From Phoronis australis (taxonomy: Eukaryota; Animalia; Phoronida), in the NCBI GenBank assembly GCA_002633005.1, contig NMRA01000690.1, positions 68,365 to 132,364 on the forward strand: a stretch of DNA of 64,000 nucleotides, in the 5' to 3' direction. Numbering within the stretch: position 1 is the first letter of the stretch; each line of letters opens with the position of its first letter. Shown piece after piece: positions 1-12,000 of this stretch. The notes below the pieces were generated by a model. The model saw only the letters and a list, made by a program, of their open reading frames with translations. It did no database searches and was not told the origin of the DNA. A program made the position numbers and the translations under genes.

Positions 1-569
1 GGGAGAAAAACGCTTGTTTTCAGAATTTTACGAGGAATTTGTTGATGAATCTTTTACATGTTATTGAAAAAGGCGAAAATACAAACGCGCGAGTCATATT
101 TCTTCAGGCAGCCCTTAGCGGCTTCACGGGCAATAAAATGTAATCGACCGAATAGTTTCGTCGACCACAGATTTACCCTGTGGTTTTTCCGCTTGATCCC
201 AGACCGCCCCGACTTGCTCCAGCATCCATCTCGGGGCGGTCTCTCACGAGGGTTTAGCGTTATGACGTCTCGACTAACTCACGATCGACTCCATCGGCGG
301 AAAGACTTCGCTCCCGTCAAAATTAGTTTGTCGTATTCATAATTGTGTATTTTCTTACTACAGTCGCCCAATTTTGTTTACATTTTTCGTCACAATATAC
401 TATTGTTCACGCCATGTACATATTGTACCGTTCTACAGCCGTGTACATTTTTTATAGTTGAAAAAAGGATTTGTCTTTTTATCGTCGGACACTCCGGCCG
501 CCGACAAGCAACCTTATCTAGTGGCGGTAAGCCCTAGCTGGGCTTCAGTTATCATGAGCTTCTCTTCCC

Positions 570-800
570 ATTTGGCGAAGTGGGCAAAAAGGTCCGCCTC
601 AGAGGAAACAAAAAGTCCGAAAAAGCAGAAAAAGAGACGAGTTCACTACTTAGAAAGGCAATGAACTACCAAAATCGGGCAAAGAGGCAGAATTCGATCA
701 TTGCTCTGTGACGTAGCCTACCCCGTATGTTTTAGTAAAAGGGGCGTCCACATTCTCAAAAATTCGAGCCCCCCCCATTTTTAGGCTGGGTGAGTGCATG
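570..800. mobile_element. MITE family B, partial
   Basis: GCGAAGTGGGCAAAAAGGTCCGCCTCAGAG shared with 30463; ends GGCTGGGTGAGTGCATG. Left boundary approximate. Confidence 0.65.
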
Positions 801-3434
801 GTACATGTAATTCTTCTCATGTCTTTATTCCCTTGTGTTGGAGATTGATGATCTCCATGATGTATTATAAATTGCATAAGAAATTGTTGTATAAGAATTG
901 CATTAGAAATAGTTGTATAAGAGATAATTAATGGAATGCTGTATTCTTGGAATGCAGTTTTGCTGTATCTTGCCTTATATGGGCACGCACTCATTTGTGT
1001 ACTGTATGATGTATATAAATGCGATCATATAGAATAAAACAGTCTGATAGATGGTTCCTTGTACAGAAACATGGTGTTCTTTTATTAATTGGCATATCAT
1101 CCTGACCATAAGTCCAGTTCGAGCGCAATGTCTCACAAATCATCAACATCCCTTTCCCGTAAATTGATTTTGTTGTTCAGCTGGCACTGCATGTCTTCGC
1201 CTACTTAGTTTGTTCATGTACCGGCGAACCGATTCGTGGACGGTCTCGCCCCCTGGTGACTAGACTTGAGCACCAAGATCGTTCGCAGACGAAATTCCTC
1301 CATTTCCGTGTGAAATTGTTAAATATCCTACTATATATGTATAAATAAACTATGTCCAGTCGTACAGAAAATGAAGTATTGTATCTAATAATAAAATTTT
1401 CGTTAGGGTCGCAGTGTTGACAATAGTCGAAGGACTTTTTCTTACTACATTTCATATTTACTTCCGGACAAATTGAACATGCGTTCTTGTGCAGGCACGG
1501 GTGGTACAGCGTAAGCAATTTTCAATCAAAGCGTCCACTTGAGATTATTTGCCATTGTTTCTGACACAAAGGCGATCAGATGTAGGTAAACCATCACTGT
1601 TTGAGCTGAATTTTTTGTTACGTTTCTGACATTTTGTTTAGCGTCGGTATCGGACTGGGTCCATAAATTTAACGGCTAAAGTTGTTTTCACAGGTCCGAT
1701 TCATTTTACTTTCTTTAGTCCAGGTATTTGACTGATTCATGTTTGGAAATGGTGTAGACAGAATTCGTGCTCTTTGACCGTCGTGTTTGTCACGAAGGCA
1801 AAGAACCACTCTGTTCGAAAGTTTTCGTTTTCTCTGCTGACTTAAAGTCCTTCTCTCACGCGTTGTTAACCCTTATTACATGGTTAGAGGATGTTATATG
1901 GATCCAAGAATTACCTACCCCATAACTAATACACGATCCGTACTCGAAAAAAAATTAAATGAACGCGCCACTCACGATTCGCACCCGAAGAACCACCGCC
2001 ATTTTGAACTTGCCGCGAACCCGCAAGTACAATTCATTCAGGAACCCCGGCTAAGAAAATGCCGTCAGTGTGAGTGCCTGTTACCAGCCTGCAAACGGGG
2101 ATAAAATAATCGACAGCGTGCCTTAATTTTAATAAAATCAAAATATGGACAATTTGTTCAAATTTGCCGAAGAAATGTGGCGAATAAATTTTGACAGAAA
2201 TTATTTTGCCAGACTCGGGACCGCAGCCTATCGGACCCGGTGCCGATCGAGACCAGACACTGGCGAACGGTAAACGCATGCAGTTGCAAGCTGTTTTGTC
2301 GTAGTAAAATGGTCAAATCATAAATGCTGCATATATTCAAGGGTAGTTTCAGACACTTGCATGAAATTACGGGATGGTTAGTACATCTTATATTTTTGCA
2401 CAAAAAAACACGAAAATTGAACAAAGTTTCTGTTGTGTAGCAACGTTTGTCAAAATGTATCAACGTTAAATCTTCACAAATTACAAAGTAGCTGATTAAA
2501 CATGCCTTTCAGTTCAGCAAAAGTCGTCTTGTTGTCGGCTGGTGCCGCCAGAAATGGGACGAAGTTCAACGGGAATTGTGAGCACATTTATCACTTAATG
2601 AGCAACAACTGCGAGGCTGAAATTTGTGTGAACACTGTTAAATCGTGCAGAATAGTAAGTAAAGATATGTCTAACTAAGTTTCACCATAATTTGTTGGCG
2701 AAAACAATTTACACAAATTTTTGAACTCGTAACTTATCCCACTGTCCTCCAATGGCGACGCGATCCAAACAAAGTGACCCAAATTTCGCCACAAAACTTG
2801 CAATAACTGCACACTGCTTATCCCGATTTTGATACATTTTCGATTTTTACTGAGTAGAATGCAATACCTTTCCGATGATAGCAAAGTACTTTTTCAAAAC
2901 GAGAAAGAAATAAAACCAAAAAAATTGGTTCGACTCATATTGGTTCCTAGGTTCGACCGGCCTACGTAAGGAACTAAACACCAATGCTATTTTAACATAC
3001 TAAGTACGCGTAACATTGCAAAAAAATCAACGACCACTAACTACAAACTATACATACAGTACATATGCAAACGAATCACGAGATATTACTAATAAAACAA
3101 AATAATGAAGCGATAGCACATTCAGTTACAAGGAAAAAATGGTGGTGTGGACAAGTTCCTGAACTGATGAGCCGGAAATGTGGGTACGGAGATAACCGAT
3201 GACAACCGGTAATCATACGCTCAGAGAGAAGGGTCAGATACTGTTCAAAAATCGCTTTTGGGTAGAAAGGCGAAAAGAATATAAAGAAAGGGTGTCTAAA
3301 ATAAGATTTTATGTAGTAAGTATTTTCGGATACTGGAACCACATGGGCAGTTTGAGAGAAGGACTTTAACTGTGGGCTTACATCTTCGCTGCTGATTAAT
3401 TTAGGCCAAAGTTTGGTCGCTATACTCCAATCTT

Positions 3435-3936
3435 CAGGGCTTGGAATTTTCCGCGGAAACGCGGATTTCCGCTTTTTTTGAAATGTGCTTTCCGCTTTTT
3501 TTTATATTATTTTACGTGTAAAAAAATTGGATTTGATATGAAATTTCCGCGGCAAATTCCTTTCTTACCGCGGCGTTGCAGACGACGTTCACCTCGGAAA
3601 GCGGAAGTTGCTCTTTATATTTCGGAGGAACGTAAATTGTCAACATTGCCGGGGCACCTGGGTAAAGCGTGGTGTGATTTTCAATGGCGGCTCATGTTAT
3701 TGTTAAGCGCGGCGACAAATACTACCGCTCTGCAGCCAAAATTGTGCGGGTTGGGAGTGGACGGGCGAGCGAAAAGGACGCAGACGCATGCTACTGATGG
3801 TGGTAACGTTTTTTTTTTTAGTCCCCGATTTTTGTCTCGGAAAGGTTTTCATTGACCATTTCAAAGGCTGGTTATCGGGCATGATTTGGGCCGTAAAAGT
3901 TTCCGCGTTTTTTGTCATTGGTCATTCCAAGCCCTG
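3435..3936. mobile_element. Non-autonomous hAT-like MITE (502 bp, 6-bp TSD)
   Basis: TIR CAGGGCTTGGAAT / ATTCCAAGCCCTG; AATCTT on both sides; second copy at 15779-16230. Confidence 0.88.
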
Positions 3937-4599
3937 AATCTTATTGGGTGTTTCTTGTGCATTTCTCACTGATACAATCCAACTCCATTAAGGTACACAC
4001 TGAATATTAAAATTTCTGAATCCTCTCACCATGCACAGCAGGCGTCCTCAGCTTCTGATCGTCCCCAATACATTATATACGTATACACAACAAGGTATGA
4101 CACAGGAGCTTTACTTCAGCCATCCATATCAAACACAAAACTCAATAAATTTACACAAAACAGGGTTTCGACAAACCATTAGCAATTGTTCTTTCATCTA
4201 ATACTGCAGCGAGATCGCAAAAAATTTGCGGTTAAATCCCAAAAATGTTCCTAAAAAGCACACGCATTACCGTGACTAGAGAATTCAGAAAATAGTAGTA
4301 TCAAGTATGTAAGGTAATAGAGTCGGACTGTAAACAATAACCCGAATAGCAGTGGTTGATTTTGGTGCGTTTCTCATGCAGCACTCGATGCTTAGCTAAA
4401 CGCAAGTCAATATCTGAGCTTTGTTATTCAACGTATTTTCTCCTTGCACTTATCTATTTCCCCCCTTAAATCTAGGAACGTTCATTTCCTAATTTGATTA
4501 TCTTCACACCAACGAACGAACATAGTACGCAGACGAACGCATAGGATGATGGTGCGAATTTAGCGGATCGTGCCAGATTTTTGCTGAATAGTTCTAACT

Positions 4600-4685
4600 T
4601 CTGTCTGTTTACTTCCTGTTATAATTTACATGTGGTGGCTATTGCGATGAATTCACAAAATAAACGGAACAATTGTGAATCAAAG
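4600..4685 (+). promoter_or_regulatory. Candidate promoter and non-coding first exon of PUM3
   Basis: The start-codon exon at 5941 has an acceptor, so an upstream exon is expected. ETS-like ACTTCCTG near 4611 and an AAG|gtaat donor at 4685/4686 fit. The start coordinate is approximate. Confidence 0.35.
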
Positions 4686-5941
4686 GTAATAAATCTTGGA
4701 AAACTGTTAATAGTTTAAAATAGGTTTTAAGGCTGACTGCTTTTCTGTGTTACTCTTCGAAATGGGTAACAAATACTGTACCACTACACAGATATGCATT
4801 ATTCTAAACACCCAGAAAAATGTTTTAAGTCTTTTGGATTTTTTTGAAGCACCTGAAGCAATCATAACCTGAAACTCTTTCCAAAGTAAGGACATTTTGA
4901 CATAAGTTTTCTGTAGAATAGCTTTAAGTTTATAACGTTTGAATTTACGTATAAAACATTTATATTTCATTTTTTATTGACATTTTACATTTTTGAAGTT
5001 TGGCAAAGTGCATCGTATTGTCTATAATACAACTGGCCATACCCCATTGAAACTGGATAAAAGCCAAGTGGTCAGTTGTCGAAAGCCTAATCCGCGACCC
5101 CCCTCAAGCGGCAGGCTGGGGTGGTCATGTATTTATGGTGTACAGCAGCTTGTAAATAATCTCTTCAATTATCTTTTCAATTCCGCAACTTGTCATAGTG
5201 AGTTGAATTTAAAGAAAGGCCCAGTGACACCTATGCCAAATTCACTACCTGCTCACTGGAGGCGCAGTCTGGCATAAAAATCATGGATTGTTAATTGCTT
5301 GGATAGTTAGCTTTTGCGTTTGTTCAGTGGTCTTTTCTGCGAAGCCTAATTAGCACCGACACCACTGCGCAGGGGTTTACACAACGGTCGTCTTTTGGGC
5401 AACCAGAATCGGCCGAGATATCTGGTGAAACTTGTAAGGTTTGTGTTCCGTGGACTATTTGCTCGTCTGCTGGCTTGACTTAGCGTAACTTCCTCACCCT
5501 TGTTGTTAAGCAGTTTTCAAAGATGTGCTGTTTATTGCTTCCGTGATAGGATCCATAGTGATGTATGCAGCATTTTCCTGAAGCTTCGCTGTTGTCATTT
5601 TTAATTAGTGGTAAGAAATAAAACAAAAAACATAGTTCATTGTTTTATTTCTTGATTGCCTTCCAGTATCCATTCTTGAGAACGGCATCACAAAATTTCC
5701 GACATACACTGGGCACCATTTGGCGCTATTAAAACACTTTCTGGACTTTTTATATAGATCCCAAAATTTTGGAAGATGGTTATTAGTATAGTACGAACAA
5801 TGTTTTCGCATATTCAGTTTCAGATGTCATACTTGGAACAAAGCTTCATTGAAAGTCATGACTTTTTTATTTAAAATCTTGATTACCAGTCCGTACCTGA
5901 AACAGTGTTGGAAAACCGAAAATTTTGTTTAATATTTCAGA

Positions 5942-6064
5942 ATGACTGACATTGAAGAGAAGAAGAAAAGGAGGAGTTTGGCAAGAGCCACGCCAGAAGG
6001 AGATAGCTCCAAAAAGAAGAAGTCTGTTGCGAAGCTCAGCAAACTCGCCAGAACTCCAAAACAG
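5942..6064 (+). CDS. PUM3: PUM3 coding exon 1 (MTDIEEKKKRR...TPKQ)
   Basis: tttcag acceptor, ATG at 5942, Lys/Arg-rich frame, CAG|gt donor in phase 0. Confidence 0.7.
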
Positions 6065-9000
6065 GTTGTTTTTACATGTCAACGTGTTTGAATGTCCAAG
6101 TCACTGATTCTGACCTGGACAGCTTACACAATTTTTTTTCCCAGTACAGCATACGGTGTTGTCGGCTTGTGATGTTTTTTCCCGTTATTCAACTAAAATT
6201 GAAGTTTAGAGATTCTTTCTGTGTTGCTAGTATGGTATATATGTTTTTGTAGAGCTACAGACGATTCCATTATGGAAACTGTCGAATTCCTGGGGAGCGC
6301 CATGTTGAGGTCACGCCATTACAGGCATGTCAGACTAAACACTGGAGTCAGTACAGTCTGTCTGTAAAACAAGCCTTCTGTGCTGGTGTGCATGCTTGTG
6401 TTTTGTATTTGGTAACAGTTCAGCTGATTTGAAATCATTGATAGGGGGTGAAACCTATATAGCCAATACAAATCGCACAATACTGCAAAATATATTGTTG
6501 CCATTACACTAAATGGGTACATCATGTACATATCTAAAGCATTTGCGGGTAGGTGTAGTGACAAATACATTGTAGAGAAATGGAATACCTTTTACCCAAT
6601 AACAAAGTTATGGCAGATAGAGGTTTTACTATTGATGACCTACTCTTTCCAAGACGAATTATGTTAAACATACCAGCTTTCACCAAAGGTAAGTCACAGC
6701 TTAGTCAATAAGATCTGACAAAAAATATGGTGCATTTCCGCGGTAAGAATCCACGTGGAGCGAGCAATACTGTTTTCAAAATTTTGAATACCATTATGCC
6801 AGTGTCAAACACAAAACCAGTGGATAAAAAGTACTCGATTGTCTGTGGTGGGCTGACCGGATCAGAGATCAAAATTTGGAAGACATGGACTAACTTACAG
6901 TCTTTTGCCCATTCCAAGTGGTTACATGTACTGTTTTCTTTGGGGAAAATTGGTATACAATTTGAGAAATTGCAATTTATACCACAGGTGTATTTGAAGC
7001 AAAGCATGCATGTAACATAATATATGATTCAAAGAATGCAAGCTTGGAAAAACATACAATGTACTTCAAGCAATGAAGTCAGTAAATGCTTTGCAAAAGT
7101 CAATTCTCTGAGCCTCAACTTCGCCCACGAGGCGTTCAATAAATTTCTGAAGGTAAATTGTACGCTACCGTGCAGCGGTTTGCTCAATAAAGCTTTCATA
7201 GGATGGCACATCTACGATAACAAAGTCATTGTCAGTTCTGTACAAAACTAGTTTTGCTTATGGTTGTTGATACCATTTTTTCAATAGACTTCTTTGTATG
7301 GGTATCACCAGGACAGTAATGCTATGCAACTGAACTGAGTGACTCATAAAAACAATCTTAAGAACAATTAGGGAAATCATAAGAAATTCATCACAATGTT
7401 GCCACATTAGGGAATAGTTATTTGGCTCTGGGATGTTTCTGTGAGTACTGTGCCATCCTGTTTAGGACATGTGTGGATAGATTCCAGGAGACAGTTAGAC
7501 CTCAAGAAAGTAAACAAATCAAAACAGTACATGATGTGCGCTGGAACAGATCCATTTGAAATAACCCAAGTTAGAATAATAAACAAACAACAAATTCATG
7601 TCATATCACGTATTTAATAAAACACTGATCTTATATAACCCAGGAATACGACTTTGATTTGCTCACTAACATACTGAACAACTGTTCTGTTTTTGTTTAT
7701 GACATTCCTGTAATGGCGGACTTTGGTATGCGAAGTCTGTTGCTGTTTTGTAAACTATATTACGAAGTTGAACGATCTCTGACTATTGAACAACATTTGG
7801 TGAAGCTTTGATTGAAGAGTAGTCAGCCTTTGTAAAATTGAATTTTTACTGGTTTGGCAAATTGTTTTTGCACGAATTGACGAAGAAATTACCATGTTGG
7901 TAGGCTGCTTCGCATGCAACTATTTTTCAAGAAACATTTTTTAATTTGTTTTAAAGTGTTTGCCACCAAAGTGAAATTGATCGTATTTTTTCTGTAAACA
8001 TTTTACTAGTGAGTGCATGGTCAATGTACAGGGCAAGACAAAAGTAATCAAACAATACAGCTACATTTACTGTACACGACGAAAGTAATCAAACAAAGTC
8101 AATTACCCATCATGGCAGCTGATTCTGTTTAGAGCAAATATGACTGGTAATGACTGCAAGGAGGGTAAAATTCTAATTACAGACTAGCTTAGTCACCTTA
8201 CTAACTAATTACAAACTAGCTTAGTCACCTTACTAATTACAGACTAGCTTAGTCACCTTAATACTAATTACAGACTAGCTTAATCACCTTACTAATTACA
8301 GACTAGCTTAGTCACCTTACTAACTAATTACAGACTAGCTTAGTCACCTTACTAATTACAGACTAGCTTAGTCACCTTACTAACTAATTACAGACTAGCT
8401 TAGTCACCTTACTTACTAATTACAGACTAGCTTAGTCACCTTAGTAACTAATTACAGACTAGCTTAGTCACCTTAGTAACTAATTACAGACTAGATTAGT
8501 CACCTTACTAACTTTCCCTTCGTTCTTGGTCATCAGAAAAGACTACTCTCACTGACAATGAAATCAGCTTTCATCCAACCCTCTTGACTTGTATATCCGG
8601 ATCATTTTGCCAGAATACTTTTGTTTTGTACTGTCCTATTCGGGTCCTGTAACGAGTCTCTGACAACTTTATGTATCTTTGTGGGTGTGTTCAGTGAATA
8701 AGGTATGTTACGTGGTATCCATCTCACTCATTTTGATCAGTGTCTGAATTGCATCCGTGTTCTTTTAAGAATGTGAAAAAGCTTAACATCAGTGACGTCT
8801 CCACATCGACTAGCAGCTCCCTCAAGAGGCGCCTGGACACAGATTCATCCAATCACAAGTCAAAGAAACCAAAGTCATCGCCGTCTGCCACCCAGTCATC
8901 GTCTGCTGCTTCCCTAGTCTCAATAAAGAAGGTACAAGTCAAAGTGGTAAATTAGTTCTCTTGGCTGGTAGAGCACATGAATTAGACAGTTCTGGCGACT

Positions 9001-12000
9001 CCATGAGTTTATCACAAACTGACCACCAGATGGCACTGGTCATGGAAAGGAGTTGAATAGATTTCCTGCTGGTTCTCAAGGGATTGTGTTGTCGGTATGA
9101 GGGGAATTAACCCTTATCCTGCTCTAGGCGAGGTGAGCCGACATGCCAATTATCCTATTACAATGCGTTGGGTGTACTCAATCGACTATAATAAGTTACA
9201 GCTGGGCTGCGCTAGGAGAGTGCACTCACCCCAGGAGACTTGTGATTTTCATTCAGAAATTGTAAGAGCCCTGGAATGTTGTTTAGATATGTGACCATGA
9301 GCATTCCATACTTCACAGTTTCCTCTACAGTTCTCCAATTTAAACCATATGGCTGTGATTACTAGTTTGGGAGATATTGGCAGGTTTATGTAAGTGTAGA
9401 CACATAGTTTCATTATATGGTTGGAGCCATACGGGAGAGGATGACAGTGGATCAGTTTGCTTTCACCAAGGCTATGAGAAAGACTTACACATGGTGAAAA
9501 TCTCCATTGAATTCTGCACAAGTTTTACATTGACTTCGTTTCTGTTAATTTAATATTTTCCCTTCAAATTTCCAATTTAAATTTGTTAGGTCATTTGTCT
9601 GGGTGACCTCCACAACAGCTTAGTGTACAGCAGTAGTGGTGACCTACTTAGCTCAGCACACATGGAAAGTAGTCTGAATAGAGGCTCAGCAGGATAAGGG
9701 TTAAGGAAGCGATCAAAGTCATGCTTTATATGGCTTCTGCCAGTTTTACAACACTTCATTTCAATTGGTTACACTTTGCATTGGTAATACACAAGTGAAC
9801 TATGGTAGTCTTTCTAATATTCTGTGCATTGTATTAATCGGTACATTAAGTGTCGAATGGACAATATTTTTTAACGTAACCAAAACGTGTATGTGCTTCC
9901 TGGATTGCAGGAATTATTTGTACATAATTTAAAGCAGTAATGAACTCACAGTGCTTTCAAGAAGTGAGGTTTGGATTACAACCGCTTACTGCTTTAAAGT
10001 TGGTCTCAACTTGTTCCTCAGTCAGATGACTAGTGATCTCTGGGTTTGCAAAGAACTGACCATTCGTTCTTCCTTGAGTTTATGCTCAGAGCATAAAGTG
10101 ACACGTCGTGACAAGCCAAATTATAGAACCTGTTCTCGAGCAACAACGAAGTATCAATTCTTGAGCCCTGAAATTGCCTCCAGTTCGACATCGGGTTTAT
10201 TGCCACTGACAGCTGTCTCACAATTTCTTGTCCAGGGGGAGTCTGCCTGAGGTTTGAAAGATCTCGTGTTGATTAAAAGACCTTACTTCATGCAACATAT
10301 CCCACTTCCCTTGCTCAGTTGGGAAACACCCATGGGGCATTTTGTGTTCAAAATGATAGGGTATTCCCTGTTTCCTAAAATCACCTTTACAATGTGAATA
10401 TTGTGTTCATGATTACTGTTTTCAGCCTGCCCCCAAGACAGACGTAGAATTTGAGAAGGCTGTTGCTGCAGCACGTGGCACACCAGATGGCGATATACAG
10501 CTGGCAGGCAATGACGAGGCAAACGGCAAGAAAGACTCACAAAAAGACAAGACACCCGAGGCTAAGAAGCCCAAGAAAAAAGTGGTATGGATATTTTTGT
10601 AAAGACTTAAAAGCATTGATCTTATATGCGCAATAACTGTAAATGTTTTTTTAAAGTGAACTCTAGATACTGCAAAATGCAAAAATTAATTGTATTCAAA
10701 GGTATAATATGTTAATACTTCCAAGTATAGAGGTATTGGCATTCAGTACTGATCTTTTTCCCACATCTGTTCAGATAAATAAATTGGCGAGTAAAACACT
10801 GAAGAAACTAAAGGGCAAAGCTACGGTCGGAGCAAAAGGACTCAAATCTGCAAAAGGTTAGTAGTAGGACAATCTTTTTGATGGAGGCTAGGCATTGCCT
10901 ACAATCTTTTTGATAGAGGCTAGGCATTGCCTAGTATCCCAATATGTAAATACATTGCCTAGTGGTTTGTAGTCAGACTGTGTGACCTTGAATTTGTGTA
11001 TAATCTCACTGAAACAGTCTGTGGCGAAATTAGTGATGAAAAGCACGTAACTAAATTTTTATAAATTTTTTTGTGTGCTGAAGCAAAGTAGAAAAACGTG
11101 CACGGAGCAGGAGTTGGTTGATCTTGCTTTCTCCACGTAGTACGTTGTGATTGTTTTGTAATCGGGTGTTGGCAAAATGTGTATTGTATAATTTTCATCA
11201 CCATCTGCTTCCCTCAACAAGATGACTAATAACCCATCCTAACACCCCAGGTGGCCAGTGTGCTTTGTCACTGTTAGTTTTACTGAAGGTTTTTCATGTG
11301 TCAGGATCCATATTCTGAGGTTGCTATTGTTTGTATTTCTAATGTTTAATGATTTCTGATCTTTTGGCAGACTGTCGTGCATATTTTGATTTTAAAGCAT
11401 GGGATATTCTTTCATTCATTCCACCCGAGCTCTGTTAAATACTGAACGTCTGTGCACTGCATAACATATACTATGTTGGAATTAATACTTTGGTACCTCG
11501 GACTGTCCAAACAACTCTTTGTAAAGTGTTAAACTCAAGTCTAATAACCTACTTATCATTTCTAATTTCAGACGAGAAACAGCATGAACTTTTACAGATG
11601 AAGAAAAAGGAACGTAAAAAACAGAGAAAACAACAGAATAAGAACTACGAGTTAATCAATGACAGCAAGAAGATATGGGAGGAGCTTAGAAGGTAGGGGA
11701 AGCAGTTTTGATCTGTCAATTTTGGGAGGAGCTTAGAAGGTGTGGGAGGCAATCTTGATCTGTCTATATGGGAGGAGCTTAGAAGGTGGGGGAGGCAATC
11801 TTGATCTGTCTATATGGGAGGAGCTTAGAAGGTGGGTAATCACTCAGTTTTTTTTTTCGCTTTAAAGTTGGAGTGGCTAGAAACCTGCCAGCTGTCACAT
11901 CAAATAAATTTTGATGTAGGTCACTTTCCCTTTCATAAAACTTGTCTCAAATAATTATTTCTTGGTAGAATTAGAATGATTAGAAGTGATTTTGGGCTTG

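Noticed and set aside
1201-1518. Cys-rich minus-strand ORF, possible zinc finger
   Set aside because: No recognisable domain spacing or splice partners; probably a decayed TE or chance
3478-3855. 125-aa ORF repeated near 15780-16000
   Set aside because: Lies inside a non-autonomous MITE and the frame is not preserved between copies
8173-8513. CRISPR-like array of ~30-bp repeats
   Set aside because: Head-to-tail units with no unique spacers, no cas genes, eukaryotic intron
11033-11081. Possible intronic C/D snoRNA (GTGATGA...CTGA); similar idea for 11219-11318
   Set aside because: No convincing terminal stem plus canonical C box, and no recognisable rRNA guide. An Infernal/snoscan search of the PUM3 introns would settle it.
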